Of a DNA stretch of 64,000 nt, positions 1 through 10,800 are shown piece after piece. Within the stretch, counting starts at the first letter, position 1; every line of letters starts with the position of its first letter. The notes beneath the pieces were generated by a model. The model worked only from the letters and a program-made list of their open reading frames with translations, did no database searches and was not told the DNA's origin. The DNA comes from Ranitomeya imitator (taxonomy: Eukaryota): positions 766,506,001 to 766,570,000 of the forward strand of contig NC_091282.1 in NCBI RefSeq assembly GCF_032444005.1, in the 5' to 3' direction. Position numbers and translations under genes: made by a program.

Positions 1-1964
1 TGCACTCGCCATTCTGCTGGAGCAGTTGCTGTGTACGTTTTTCCTGCACTGATCCTGTGACATGTTAGCGATGTACAGGTTTGCAGCCTACTTAGTTTCT
101 ATTCACTGTCAGCATGCAGTGCTCTTGATAACGGTGAGGAATAGAGATGGGCGGACACCTAGATCTTCGGGTTTGGCAAGTGGGGTTCATATTTGTCCAG
201 TTCATGTCATGTATTGTCCGACAGATTAGTAATGAAGAGGCATCTATAAGACATCTTTCCATTACTAATCCTATAGTTATATGGTAAATAAAGACTCCGC
301 CAGAATAAAGTCCTTTATTAGTAATAAAACAAAACACAGTTTTCCTTTATTTAAAAATAACAAGCACCGTTATACTCACGTAAGGCTGGGTTCACATTGC
401 GTTAATGGCAATGCGCTGACGGCATCCGTTACATGGCGGCAATAACGCTATGTAACGGATCCGTTAGCGATGCGCTACATAATGGCAGTTAATGGGTGCG
501 CTAACGCATGTCTTAATCGGCATGCATTAGCGATGTGCCGTCATTCTGTGACGGACCCTCGGACGCAGTCTGCAGCGTTTTCTTTATCGCCTCTCATTGG
601 GGGACACAGGAACCATGGGTGTATGCTGCTGCCACTAGGAGGCTGACACTATGCAAATAAAAAAGTTAGCTCCTCCTCTGCAGTGTACACCCCACCGACT
701 GGCATTATACTCTTCAGTTTAGCTTAGTGTCAGTAGGAGGTGGACACGGGTCTTTCATTAGACCCTTATCTACCTCAATGTGCGTCGTTTCTTTTCAGGT
801 TTTTCCGGAGGGATACAGGGTGAGCAGTCACACCTGTAGTCCCACAAGCGGACTATGAGTACAGCGTGTACTGCCACCCCGTATCCTCATAGATCCCTCT
901 CCAGGACCAAGATCCTAGCACACAAGCGTGCTTAGAAGTCCGGTCCTGGCTCCGTCCCCCACCCACTCGCCCACCAGAACCTGTCGGTTTGGAGGAGACG
1001 AGGACGTCCATCAGCTCCCTGGACGTCTCATACCCTTCCTGTCAGGTTAGTATCGGCGTGGGATGTTTTAGGTGAGTATTTCTCCCATTCCCATCCCACA
1101 TCTTTTATAGGGGGGGGGGGGGACCTTGTTAGGGGCTCCCAGCCTCCTTTCATACCTGTCATCATCTGCGTCCATACAGGACGCGGCCGGGATTGTTTGT
1201 GTCGCGCTGCGACATCCGTAGGTGCGCTTTCTTCTGCACCTCTTCTCCCTATTCTGATACGGGGGCCCTCTGCCTTCTTTCCGGCGCGGGGCCCTTACAG
1301 GATGCACAGTTCTTCTGCATGCCTGCACGTTGGGCTGCCATACGTTCCAGGCGCCGCAGGAGGTGCGGCGCACCCCTCTGTGCTGCGGCTCTTCATGGGG
1401 CACCATTCTCAGCGCGGCAGCCTTGCAGGCTGTCGCGCCGCTTCTCCCTGCGGCGCTCTACTCTGGCGCCGCAGGAGGTCCTTCTCTGGGCGTCCCTCAG
1501 CGGCGCAGCCTGGTAGGCGACCGCGCCGCTAGCTCTCTTAGGGCGCTCCATTCCGGCGCCGCGGCTCCTTTCCTCGGCCGCCGGCCCCTAATTTAGGCCC
1601 CGGCTTCGGTCGGGGCCTACTTCCGGTTTTCGGTTCCCTCTCTTCCGGTTCTGCGGGCGGGCTTTTTCCCGCCCGACTTACTGTGCCCTGCCTACCGGCG
1701 CCCCTGCGTCTGGCTCCGCCCCCTTCCTCCTGGTACACTTGTCTGGTGTGCACACCACTTTGTACCGGCAGCAGCACCAGCTCTCGCAAGCGCACCCGCA
1801 CATCTGCTGTGGACACAGCTCTATCTGCGCTGAATACTGCTCCTCAGGGCACTCCATCGACAGTGGGACATCTTCCAGGACCGGGTCCGTGAGTAGCTGC
1901 ACTGCAGTCTGACACCCCCCTCTGCCCACTGTCCCCTAACCCACTGGCATCTTCAGGGCTCAAA

Positions 1965-3461
1965 ATGTCTACCTCTAAAGGGGGCCGCTCTCGCCCCCCT
2001 ACTTCTTCTTCATCTACCGCCTTAGTCACGTACTTTGCATGTTCGTCCTGTAACAGCAAACTTCCCTCAGGTCAGTCATCCCCGCTGTGTCAGTCCTGCA
2101 GCAACCCGATTATTCCCACCGCCCAGGATCCCCCGGCTGTTCCGCCCGAGAGTGATCCCCCCATCCCAGGCTGGGCCGCCTCTCTGTCACAATCGGTGGC
2201 TGATTTAACACGGGTATCTCAAACCCTGGTGTCCGCGCTGGATCGGTTACCCTTGCAAACCCCGGCCATAGCCAGCGGGTCGCAGGAACCGCCACCTGAG
2301 CCCTCCTTGATAAGCCACAAAAGGTCCAGACAGGAAGGTCGGTCTGAGTCCTCTTCTCGTTCCATCTCGCCGCTCGGCCCTCCCCAGCGGTTGGTGTCCC
2401 ACCGATCCTCCTCCCTTGAGTCAGGCGAGGCATTATCTGATGCGCCCTCGGAGGACATTTCGGAGCTGGATCCTAACCAAATTGCCACCATGAGTGAGAC
2501 AGTCCAGAACCTCTTTGGGGCAATAAACCAAACCTGTGGCATCAAGGATCCCTCTACGGAACCCGCAGATCAGGCGGTTTCGTTTAGACGGGCCAAACCA
2601 CCTTCTAAATTTTTCGCTCCTCATCCTGAGTTCGAGGAAATCTTGTCCAGAGAGAGAGAGAACCCCACTAGGCGTTTTCAGAGAGGAAAACGCCTGGGTG
2701 TGCTATATCCTTTTTCTCCAGACCTTACCGCCAATTGGACGGTCTCTCCCTCGGTGGATCCACCAGTGTCCAGGCTGTCCACCAACACGGTGCTTCCTTT
2801 GTCCGGCGGAGCATCTCTGAAGGATTCTAACGATAGAGTTATAGAATCCTTCGCGAAATCTGCTTTTGAAGCGGCTTCAGCGGCGCTATGTCCAGCCTTT
2901 GCTTCCACTTGGACTTCAAAATCCATCTCAAAATGGGCCAAGGATCTTCGGCGAGGTATCCTGGACGGGGCGCCTCCCGCGCAATTAGCGGAGCTTGCCA
3001 ACCAGATTTCCCACGCTGGGGAATACCTGGTTTCCGCCTCCCTGGATGTCGCGTCTTGTGCGGCTCAAGCTTCCAGCAATGCCGTTGCCATCCGTCGGAC
3101 CGTTTGGCTCAAGGCCTGGCAGGCGGACTTGTCCTCCAAAAAGTCCCTCACTAGTCTGCCCTTCCTGGGCTCTCGTCTCTTTGGTTCCCAGCTGGACCAA
3201 ATAATTAAGGACGCCACCGGGGGTACAAGCTCTCTTCTCCCCCAGGCTAAGCCTCGTCGCCCTCCTCCTAGACGACAGTTTCGTTCTTTTCGGCCTTTTC
3301 GTCGCTTCGCTGCGTCAAACTCCTTTTCCCAGCAGCAACAGAGGCCACAGGCACGTCAAGAGAGGAAGGCGGTGTCCTTTAGGCCCACTCCGTCCTGGCG
3401 TCCTCGCTTCCCCCAGGGTAGATCCTCCAGGCCCAGGACTGGAAGATCCACCTCGGCATGA
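1965..3461 (+). CDS. DIRS ORF1 (gag-like), intact, 498 aa
   Basis: Uninterrupted ATG-to-TGA ORF; N-terminal C-x2-C-x12-C-x2-C; [15 protein letters not shown]...LKDSNDR and RRTVWLKAW...[10 protein letters not shown] motifs; basic C-terminal tail. Confidence 0.9.
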   Translation: MSTSKGGRSRPPTSSSSTALVTYFACSSCNSKLPSGQSSPLCQSCSNPIIPTAQDPPAVPPESDPPIPGWAASLSQSVADLTRVSQTLVSALDRLPLQTPAIASGSQEPPPEPSLISHKRSRQEGRSESSSRSISPLGPPQRLVSHRSSSLESGEALSDAPSEDISELDPNQIATMSETVQNLFGAINQTCGIKDPSTEPADQAVSFRRAKPPSKFFAPHPEFEEILSRERENPTRRFQRGKRLGVLYPFSPDLTANWTVSPSVDPPVSRLSTNTVLPLSGGASLKDSNDRVIESFAKSAFEAASAALCPAFASTWTSKSISKWAKDLRRGILDGAPPAQLAELANQISHAGEYLVSASLDVASCAAQASSNAVAIRRTVWLKAWQADLSSKKSLTSLPFLGSRLFGSQLDQIIKDATGGTSSLLPQAKPRRPPPRRQFRSFRPFRRFAASNSFSQQQQRPQARQERKAVSFRPTPSWRPRFPQGRSSRPRTGRSTSA

Positions 3462-3492
3462 CTCTCAGCAAGACTCCAGCCCAACTTCCAGT

Positions 3493-5348
3493 TTGGGCGG
3501 CCGTCTTCTCCTTTTCAGGGACGTCTGGATTTCCGCAGTAGAGGATGCATGGGTCAGGGAAGTTGTATCCTCGGGATACAAGATAGAGTTCGCCTCCCGA
3601 CCCAGGGATCGTTTCTTCCAATCCCGTCCTCCAAGAGATCCCGCTCTAGTTCCGGGCTTCTTCTCAGCCATCGCTTCTCTGCTCAAATCCGGAGTAATCG
3701 TTCCCGTCGCAGAAAAAGAACGCTTCACGGGTTTCTACTCGAATCTTTTTGTGGTACCGAAAAAAGACGGCAAGGTTCGCCCCATTCTGGACCTCAAATT
3801 GCTGAACAGGAGAGTTCGCCTGAGACACTTCAGGATGGAATCCCTTCGTTCAGTAATTGCTTCCATGGAGGCTCAGGAATTTCTATGCTCTATAGATATC
3901 CAGGACGCCTACCTACATGTCCCGATATTTCCCGGACATCACCGTTTCCTGCGCTTCGCAATGCAACGAGATCATTTTCAGTTCGTCGCCCTGCCGTTCG
4001 GTCTCGCAACCGCGCCAAGGGTGTTCACGAAGATCATGGCGGCGCTGATGGCCATCTTGAGAGTCAGAGGCTTGGTCCTTTTTCCATATCTCGACGACAT
4101 CCTCATCAAGGCTCCGTCCTTTGCTCAGGCCCACGAAAGCCTGTCCATTGTTCTCGATACCTTAGCCCGTTTCGGGTGGCTGGTCAACCGGAAGAAGTCC
4201 TGCCTTATTCCTTCTCAGCGCATCATCTTTCTGGGCATGCTTCTCGACACTCGTCAGAGCAGAGTCTTCCTTCCCAAAGACAAGAGATCCTCTCTTTGTC
4301 GGGACATACGCTTGCTCCAGGGTCTCCGGCCTCCCTCCCTCCGTTCGGCCATGAAGGTTCTGGGGAAAATGGTAGCTACATTGGAAGCGATTCCCTTCGC
4401 CCAATTCCATTCGCGACCCCTTCAGCAAGCCATTCTGTCTCAGTGGGACAGGTCTGTCTTCTCCCTGGATCGGCCGATCAGACTCTCTTCTCGGGTCAAG
4501 TGGTCCCTCGACTGGTGGCTGACGTCACCTCTCATTTCCCAGGGCAGGTCCTTCCTTCCAGTTCACTGGCAGGTGGTGACAACGGACGCCAGCCTGATCG
4601 GCTGGGGTGCGGTTTTTCGCCACCTGACGGTTCAGGGCCGTTGGTCGTCGCAGGAATCAACTCTGCCAATCAATGTCCTTGAGATTCGGGCCATCTTTCT
4701 GTCCCTCCGCCACTGGGAAAGGATCCTCAGGGGCCTTCCAGTCCGGATCCAGACGGACAACGCCACGGCTGTGGCATATGTCAACCATCAGGGGGGGACC
4801 CGGAGCTCCTTGGCCCTTGCCGAGGTATCCAAGATCCTCCTTTGGGCAGAGGCAACGGTTCCGGTGATATCCGCGGTGCATATCCCCGGCGTGGACAACT
4901 GGGCCGCCGACTTCCTCAGCCGCGAGGGCCTCGCGGCAGGGGAATGGTCCTTGCATCCGGAGGTCTTCCATCGGATTTGTCTTCGATGGGGGACTCCGGA
5001 TGTGGATCTCACGGCGTTCCGCAGTTCGTCTCCAGGTCCCGCGATCCTCTCGCAGTGGGCGTCGATGCTCTGGCCATTCCTTGGTCACAGTTCGAGCTGC
5101 CCTACCTGTTCCCACCCCTTCCATTACTTCCCAAGCTTTTGAAGAAGATCAAAGCGGAAGGGGTGCCGGTCATCCTGATCGCCCCGGATTGGCCCAGGAG
5201 AGCTTGGTTCGCGGAGCTCGTCAACCTTCTCGCGGACGCTCCCTGGCGCCTTCCAGACAGGCCCGATCTGCTGTCCCAGGGTCCGATCTGCCACCCGAAT
5301 TCTCGGTCGCTCAGTTTAACGGTGTGGCTGTTGAGACCGCGGTTCTAA
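3493..5348 (+). pseudogene. DIRS copy 1 ORF2: RT + RNase H + DNA adenine-methyltransferase-like domain, frameshifted
   Basis: [40 protein letters not shown]...[29 protein letters not shown]; a 19-bp deletion at 5015/5016 relative to copy 2 shifts the frame. Confidence 0.93.
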
Positions 5349-5383
5349 GAGCGTCTGGCCTTTCGGACCGGGTGATTCACACC

Positions 5384-6366
5384 ATGATTCAGGCTCGGAA
5401 GCCTTCGTCTTCCAGGATCTACTACCGCACCTGGAAGGCTTACTTCCGTTGGTGCGAGTCCAACCGCGTTCCGCCTATGGTTTTTTCCCTGCCTTCTCTT
5501 TTGGCCTTCCTTCAGGCAGGACTGGATTCGGGCCTGGCTCTTAGCTCCCTGAAGGGTCAGGTCTCTGCGCTTTCCATCCTCTTTCAGAAGACCTTGGCCT
5601 CTCGGCCACAGGTTAAGACCTTCTTTCAGGGGGTAGCCCACGCCGTCCCGCCGTACAGGGCCCCTGTGGAGGCATGGGACCTAAACCTGGTACTGGACGT
5701 TTTGAAGGTTTCTCCCTTTGAACCTCTTAGGGAGATTCCTCTATCAGTTTTATCTTGGAAGGTGGCCTTTCTTGTGGCCATCACGTCCATTCGCCGCGTT
5801 TCCGAGCTGGCGGCACTGTCTTGCCGCCCTCCATTTTTGGTCATTCACCAGGACAAGGTGGTCTTCCGACCCCCACCTTCTTTTCTTCCTAAGGTGGTTT
5901 CCACCTCAACGAGGACATCGTTCTACCTTCCTTTTGTCCAGCTCCGACTCATCCTCTGGAGCGATCGTTGAACAAGCTAGACCTCGTCAGGGCAGTGAGG
6001 ATTTATCTGGATAGAACATCCTCTTTCCGGAAGACGGATTCTTTTTTCGTCATTCCTGATGGCACGCGCAGAGGCCAGCCGGCTTCTAAAGCGACTATTG
6101 CTCGATGGATCAGAATGGCAATTTTGGAGGCTTACCGGGTCAAGAACAGAGTGCCCCCTCCTGGGATTAAGGCTCACTCTACCCGGGCAGTCGGCGCCTC
6201 CTGGGCGGTGCACCACAGGGCTTCCGCCCTACAGCTTTGCAAAGCGGCAACTTGGTCTTCCATCCACACGTTCGCCAAATTTTACAAGGTCCATACCTAC
6301 GCATCGGCGGACACCAGCCTAGGCAGAAGGATCCTGCAGGCGGCAGTGGTGAGTCCTCTGACCTGA
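5384..6366 (+). pseudogene. DIRS copy 1 tyrosine recombinase core, frameshifted
   Basis: TSIRRVSEL (catalytic R), KAHSTRA (H-x-x-R), [13 protein letters not shown] (W and catalytic Y); loss of one TTCCACC 7-mer near 5900 shifts the frame. Confidence 0.93.
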
Positions 6367-7625
6367 TGGAAGTCTGTTTTTCCCACCCTTGGGACTGCTT
6401 TGGGACGTCCCATGGTTCCTGTGTCCCCCAATGAGAGGCGATAAAGAAAACAGGATTTTTGGTTGCTTACCGTAAAATCTGTTTCTTGAAGCCTCCATTG
6501 GGGGACACAGCTCCCTCCCAATGTTTTCTGTTATCTGTTCTATGACTGTTCTCACGTTACAGTTCTCAAGTTTGTGGTTATGGTTTTTCAACCTTGTTTC
6601 ATTATCTCCTACTGCTTTCTCACTAACTGAAGAGTATAATGCCAGTCGGTGGGGTGTACACTGCAGAGGAGGAGCTAACTTTTTTATTTGCATAGTGTCA
6701 GCCTCCTAGTGGCAGCAGCATACACCCCATGGTTCCTGTGTCCCCCAATGGAGGCTTCAAGAAACAGATTTTACGGTAAGCAACCAAAAATCCTGTTTTC
6801 AGGTCCGTCACCGCTAGCACAGAGAGAGCATCTGCGCTAGCGCGATCGCATAAACACAATCTTTTTCGGCACTTGCGTTAACGCAGTCCATTTAACGTAT
6901 GCATTGAACGGACTGCACTAACGCAATGTGAACCGAACCTAGCCTAACGCCTAATTCCCCGACGCCCTCATTCTCCGGTAATAAAACTAAAATAAAAAAA
7001 ACAATATACCATACTTGCTCGTCGTTCTGTCCCATGCCGTAATGCATGTCTGGGGGACAAACAGATTTCAAACTGGATGGTGCCAAGATGCCACCATCCA
7101 GGCTGAGAACCACTGGGGGATGAGCTGCTGCTAGTGCAGCCTCAGTGATCACAGGTGACGTCATCGAAGTTACCTCCAGTCACTGAGGCTGCGTTCCCAG
7201 GCTGCGGTGAGATCCCCTCTAGCACCATGAGAAAAAGCAGTATTCGCATCCGCTGACACCAGTGACCGGAGGTAAACCTTATGCCTCCGATCATAGCTGA
7301 GCACTCCCGTTGTCTTCTGACGTCGTGGGAACCGCGGCTCTCTGACTGACGGGGATGATTTCACCGCCGATCAGAAGCAGTGTTTGCCGCACTGTCATGA
7401 TACAAACACCCAGTGTTCGGGCAGCCAAACCCATACACCTCCTGGTGAAGTCTGTGCCCGTGCCTGAACTGTAGTTGTTTGGTACGGACGCTGAACTTTA
7501 CTGTCTCTAATGAGGAATCAACATTTGGAGTCTTATTAGAAAATCGTGCAACTCTCTATATTGTAGCGATTTATCTGCTGCCGTTTTCTTATCCTTTCCT
7601 GTAAACCTTGTGTGTCTGTCCTTAG

Positions 7626-7821
7626 GATTGTGCTGAGAATCAATCCCATCGCCGTGCACTCCATCCTGGAGCGAGTGTCTGCTGAGGAGGATGATGAGGG
7701 TGATGGAAGGTTTCAGGAGGATGATGAAGGAACTTCCCACTCTCTTAAAGACGTGTGCGACTACAGACGTCCAAAGCCGTCACCGTTCTCCTCTCGGAGG
7801 GTCATGTTTGAAAATGAAGAG
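7626..7821 (+). CDS. ATG2B: ATG2B exon (1 of 26 in window)
   Basis: cttag|G ATT GTG ... GAA GAG|gtatgt; (R)[16 protein letters not shown]...RRVMFENEE. Confidence 0.93.
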
Positions 7822-10800
7822 GTATGTGCAGGCATAAAGTGGGACTCTCGGGACTTCCTCAAGTGACTCGCCCCTTTCTGAGAGCGCATGCACCTGCATC
7901 CTACAAGTCGGGGGTCCGCCATCAGACCTTCTGTTCAGGGTAGGGGGCGACTCTTCTGTCAGTGTCATCCTTTTGCAGATGGTGATGCCCGGAGACGCCA
8001 TAGAAATGACTGAGTTCCAGGAGAAAGCCATCAGTAATTCCCACTATGTGCTGGAGCTGACGCTGCCCAGCGTCTCCCTGATGCTGCCGAACAAAGTCTT
8101 CTACGAGAAGCTCTACAACAGGTGAGTTTGAGGGTTCCTGGGATCCATCACACAAAACATTCTCTGGTTTTAAAGGTTTATGAAAAGTTTTACCACTTTT
8201 TAGTTAGCTACTGGCGCTGACTGGCCGATCAGGAGGTGTCCGTTGTTGGCCAACACCTCTTTATAAATCTGGCTTCTCAGTGCCTAAGGGGTTAAATGTG
8301 ATTATTTATTATAAGTGAAATTCCTTTAATCCGGCATCGTCTATAATGGGATCGAACCAATCGTTTGGTTATACCGCCGTGGCCAATTTTGCAGTTCCGG
8401 CCGTGTCGCTGAGTCATCCTCGCCGTTGCTGATCATGCATCTCTTTTTTTTTTTTTTTTTTTTCAGGATCAGTAACGATTTGCTGCTCTGGGAGCCCACC
8501 GCCCCGTCGCCGGTCGAGACCTTTGAGAACTTGTCCTATGGTATCGGCCTGTCGGTGGCGAGCCAGCTCATTAACACTTTCAGCAAAGACTCCAGCGGAG
8601 CATTTAAGTCCACGCTTCATTACGGTGAGCATTTCCAAAGTATAGGAGCCGTGGACGGCGGAGTGGCTTTACATGGGTCCTCTGCTCATCATAGACCCCT
8701 CTGTGGCTGCTTCGGGGGCTGCTGGTGCCTTTACGGTGGCAGCCAGTTCTCCCTCACCTGCCGCACATGTAGTAAGTTGCCCCTGGACATGGTTTCTTTT
8801 GTTTGCACTGTAGAAGTGAAATCCTACATGAAGGAAAGGTTGCAGTTTAACGCAAAATCTAAAAGGATTGTGCTGCATGTGTGTATATCAGATGGGGGTC
8901 CCGTGACGGCTGGATGCACTATGTATGGAACCAGATCAGGACGTCTCCGTACACGGTGTGGTAGCCGTTCTACAGCTTGGCTCACATTCACTTTGTAGCA
9001 GCCGTTCTTGGGCACCGCAGCTCAGTTTCCATTCAAGTGAATGGAGCCGTTCTGTTCCATGGGCCCAGTAACAGCTGATCTGTGGGGGTGTTGGCTATCA
9101 GAACCCCTCCACACTGATACCGACGACCTAAATCCTGAACAATCCCTTTAATGCTGCGTTTTTACCTAAGCGATGATTCTTCACAGATGAAGACAGCGGC
9201 TCAGAAGAAGAGACCCTACAATACGATTACATCCTGGACTCCAACTACCACAGTCGGAGAAAGCGGAAACTTGAATGTTCGAGCAAACAGTCCCAGAGCT
9301 TCCTGTCCGTCCTGGTGAACGTGAACCATGGCCTGGTGTCCATATTCACAGATGTCAAGGTTTGAGAAGGCCTCAGTCATTTATGTGGTTTTATAGTAAG
9401 AAGAATAATCTTTATACGGTTCCTCACATTGGGGGAGTCCTAGATTGCAGCCCGCCATTCCACACTGATCTGTCTACTTTTATATGGTGATTTGGGTAAA
9501 GCGCTTCCATCTCCTTGCAGCAGTCAGATGGGCGAGTAGTGAAGGACAAGCACGGAGAGCTGTGGCTGGAGTTCACCAGCGGGTCTCTCTTCACGGTGAC
9601 GAAATATGAAGGACTGGAGGACAAGCACTTCTTATGTCTCCACGCCAGCAGCCTGAGCCTGTACCATCAAGGTAACCCGGCCCCCCATTGTAGTTATTGG
9701 ATATGCCGCCCTCTTGTGTGCGGGTAGCGGTGCCCCGCAGCAGCCCCTCTGTACCACACAGCAGTGTCGCAGGCCTTCCATACCTATACCATCTCTCGGA
9801 CAGGTGTCGTAGATGGCGTCGTGGTTTCTGCAGACCTCAGGCTGCCCAGCCTGCCCCAGCCGCACTGGTTGGAGCCGACCATTTATCCCTCTGGAGAAGA
9901 TGGCAGTCATCGTGCGTCTAGTAACGGCGTGGGAATGGACACCATGAGCATGCTGACCGTGGCGGTGAAAATCCAGTCTGAGAAATCCGACAGGAACACC
10001 AAGGTCTCTTGTTGAGTTCGAGTTTAAAGTTTGATATATTGTTGTCCTCATCAAGTGTCTGAGCGTTTAAGTTCAGTTATTGAAGAACCCTAATTTCTGT
10101 CAGTGAATGTGAATTTATGTAGAATCAAAGGATAGCAACTAGAGTTGGGTAAAACGATCTCCAGGACCCTGGCCGGGTGGGCACATTGGTCTCTGGAGCC
10201 CCCTGAAACGCCCCCTACCTGTCAGAATGACCTGCACCTATTCTGATCAATAGGTCTTGAGAAGACTCTTGCATGACAACGTGCCGAGCCTACTAATCTG
10301 GGGAGGCATCAGGGGTGTCGCGGAGGTGCGCAGACCACGGACGTGGCTGCCGGAGCAGATCATGAGACTTGTTTTGCTCAGCTCTAATACTGACCCATCC
10401 TGATGTGCTCGCCCGCCATTCCTCCTAGAACCAAAGTAAAAGCATAGCCGCGTGAAAGCCAATTCTGGTGCACGCTCCCATCTGACACGTGCAGGAACGT
10501 GATGCAGTTGGTCTTCAGCAGTGTCCTGCCATCTCTGCCCCTTCCATTCTCCAATCACAGTACCAGCACCAAAATCTCTATGAAACATTGTGCTAATGTA
10601 ACCAAGCCAAGAAACCATTGCAAGGTAAAACATGGAGCCACCGCCTTCTATATGGGCAGAATGTATCCCAAACTTTACTTAGTCATTGATAAAATGTCAA
10701 AATCAGGTGGCCGTTGTGGTGGGAAAGAAGCGGATTTACAGAGGAGCAGTAAATGGATGCACCTCACAGATGTCTATAGGGTATGGAACATGTTAGGACA

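Larger units (their letters stand above)
578..6799 (+). mobile_element. DIRS1-type tyrosine-recombinase retrotransposon, copy 1 (full length, ~6.2 kb)
   Basis: Left inverted terminal repeat (ITR) from TTTTCTTTATCGCC; right ITR ~6606-6750 plus a 3' extension ending AATCCTGTTTT; internal complementary region (ICR) 6410-6510; gag, RT/RNase H/methyltransferase-like and tyrosine-recombinase (YR) ORFs; TTTT at both ends. Confidence 0.96.
384..6944. mobile_element. PIF/Harbinger-like MITE, split by DIRS copy 1
   Basis: TAA|GGCTGGGTTCACATTGCGTTA ... TAACGCAATGTGAACC(GAACC)TAGCC|TAA; TAA TSD; the internal palindrome gtgacggacc...ggtccgtcac is interrupted at a TTTT. Confidence 0.75.
142..7509. mobile_element. 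Non-autonomous hAT-type element, split by nested insertions
   Basis: Termini TAGAGATGG... and ...TGTCTCTA; 8-bp TSD GTGAGGAA (134-141) / ATGAGGAA (7510-7517), 7 of 8 identical. Confidence 0.7.

Noticed and set aside
1068-1929. Many 60-250-aa ORFs in the DIRS leaders (also 11864..12797) and antisense to the DIRS ORFs
   Set aside because: They are GC-rich, stop-poor sequence or shadows of real ORFs, and the frames are not conserved between the two sister copies.
5000-6366. Tyrosine recombinase plus methyltransferase plus RT read as a prophage, retron or novel defence system
   Set aside because: The domain order, ITR/ICR structure and location in a spliced vertebrate gene identify a DIRS1 retrotransposon.
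1-7625. Additional ATG2B exon upstream of 7626
   Set aside because: No splice-bounded segment encoding the expected preceding peptide (ending ...DWPR in human, from memory) was found; 142-7509 is explained by nested elements.
8426-8998. 190-aa ORF as a separate gene
   Set aside because: Only 8467-8624 is ATG2B exon; the rest is poly-T acceptor tract and intron read-through.
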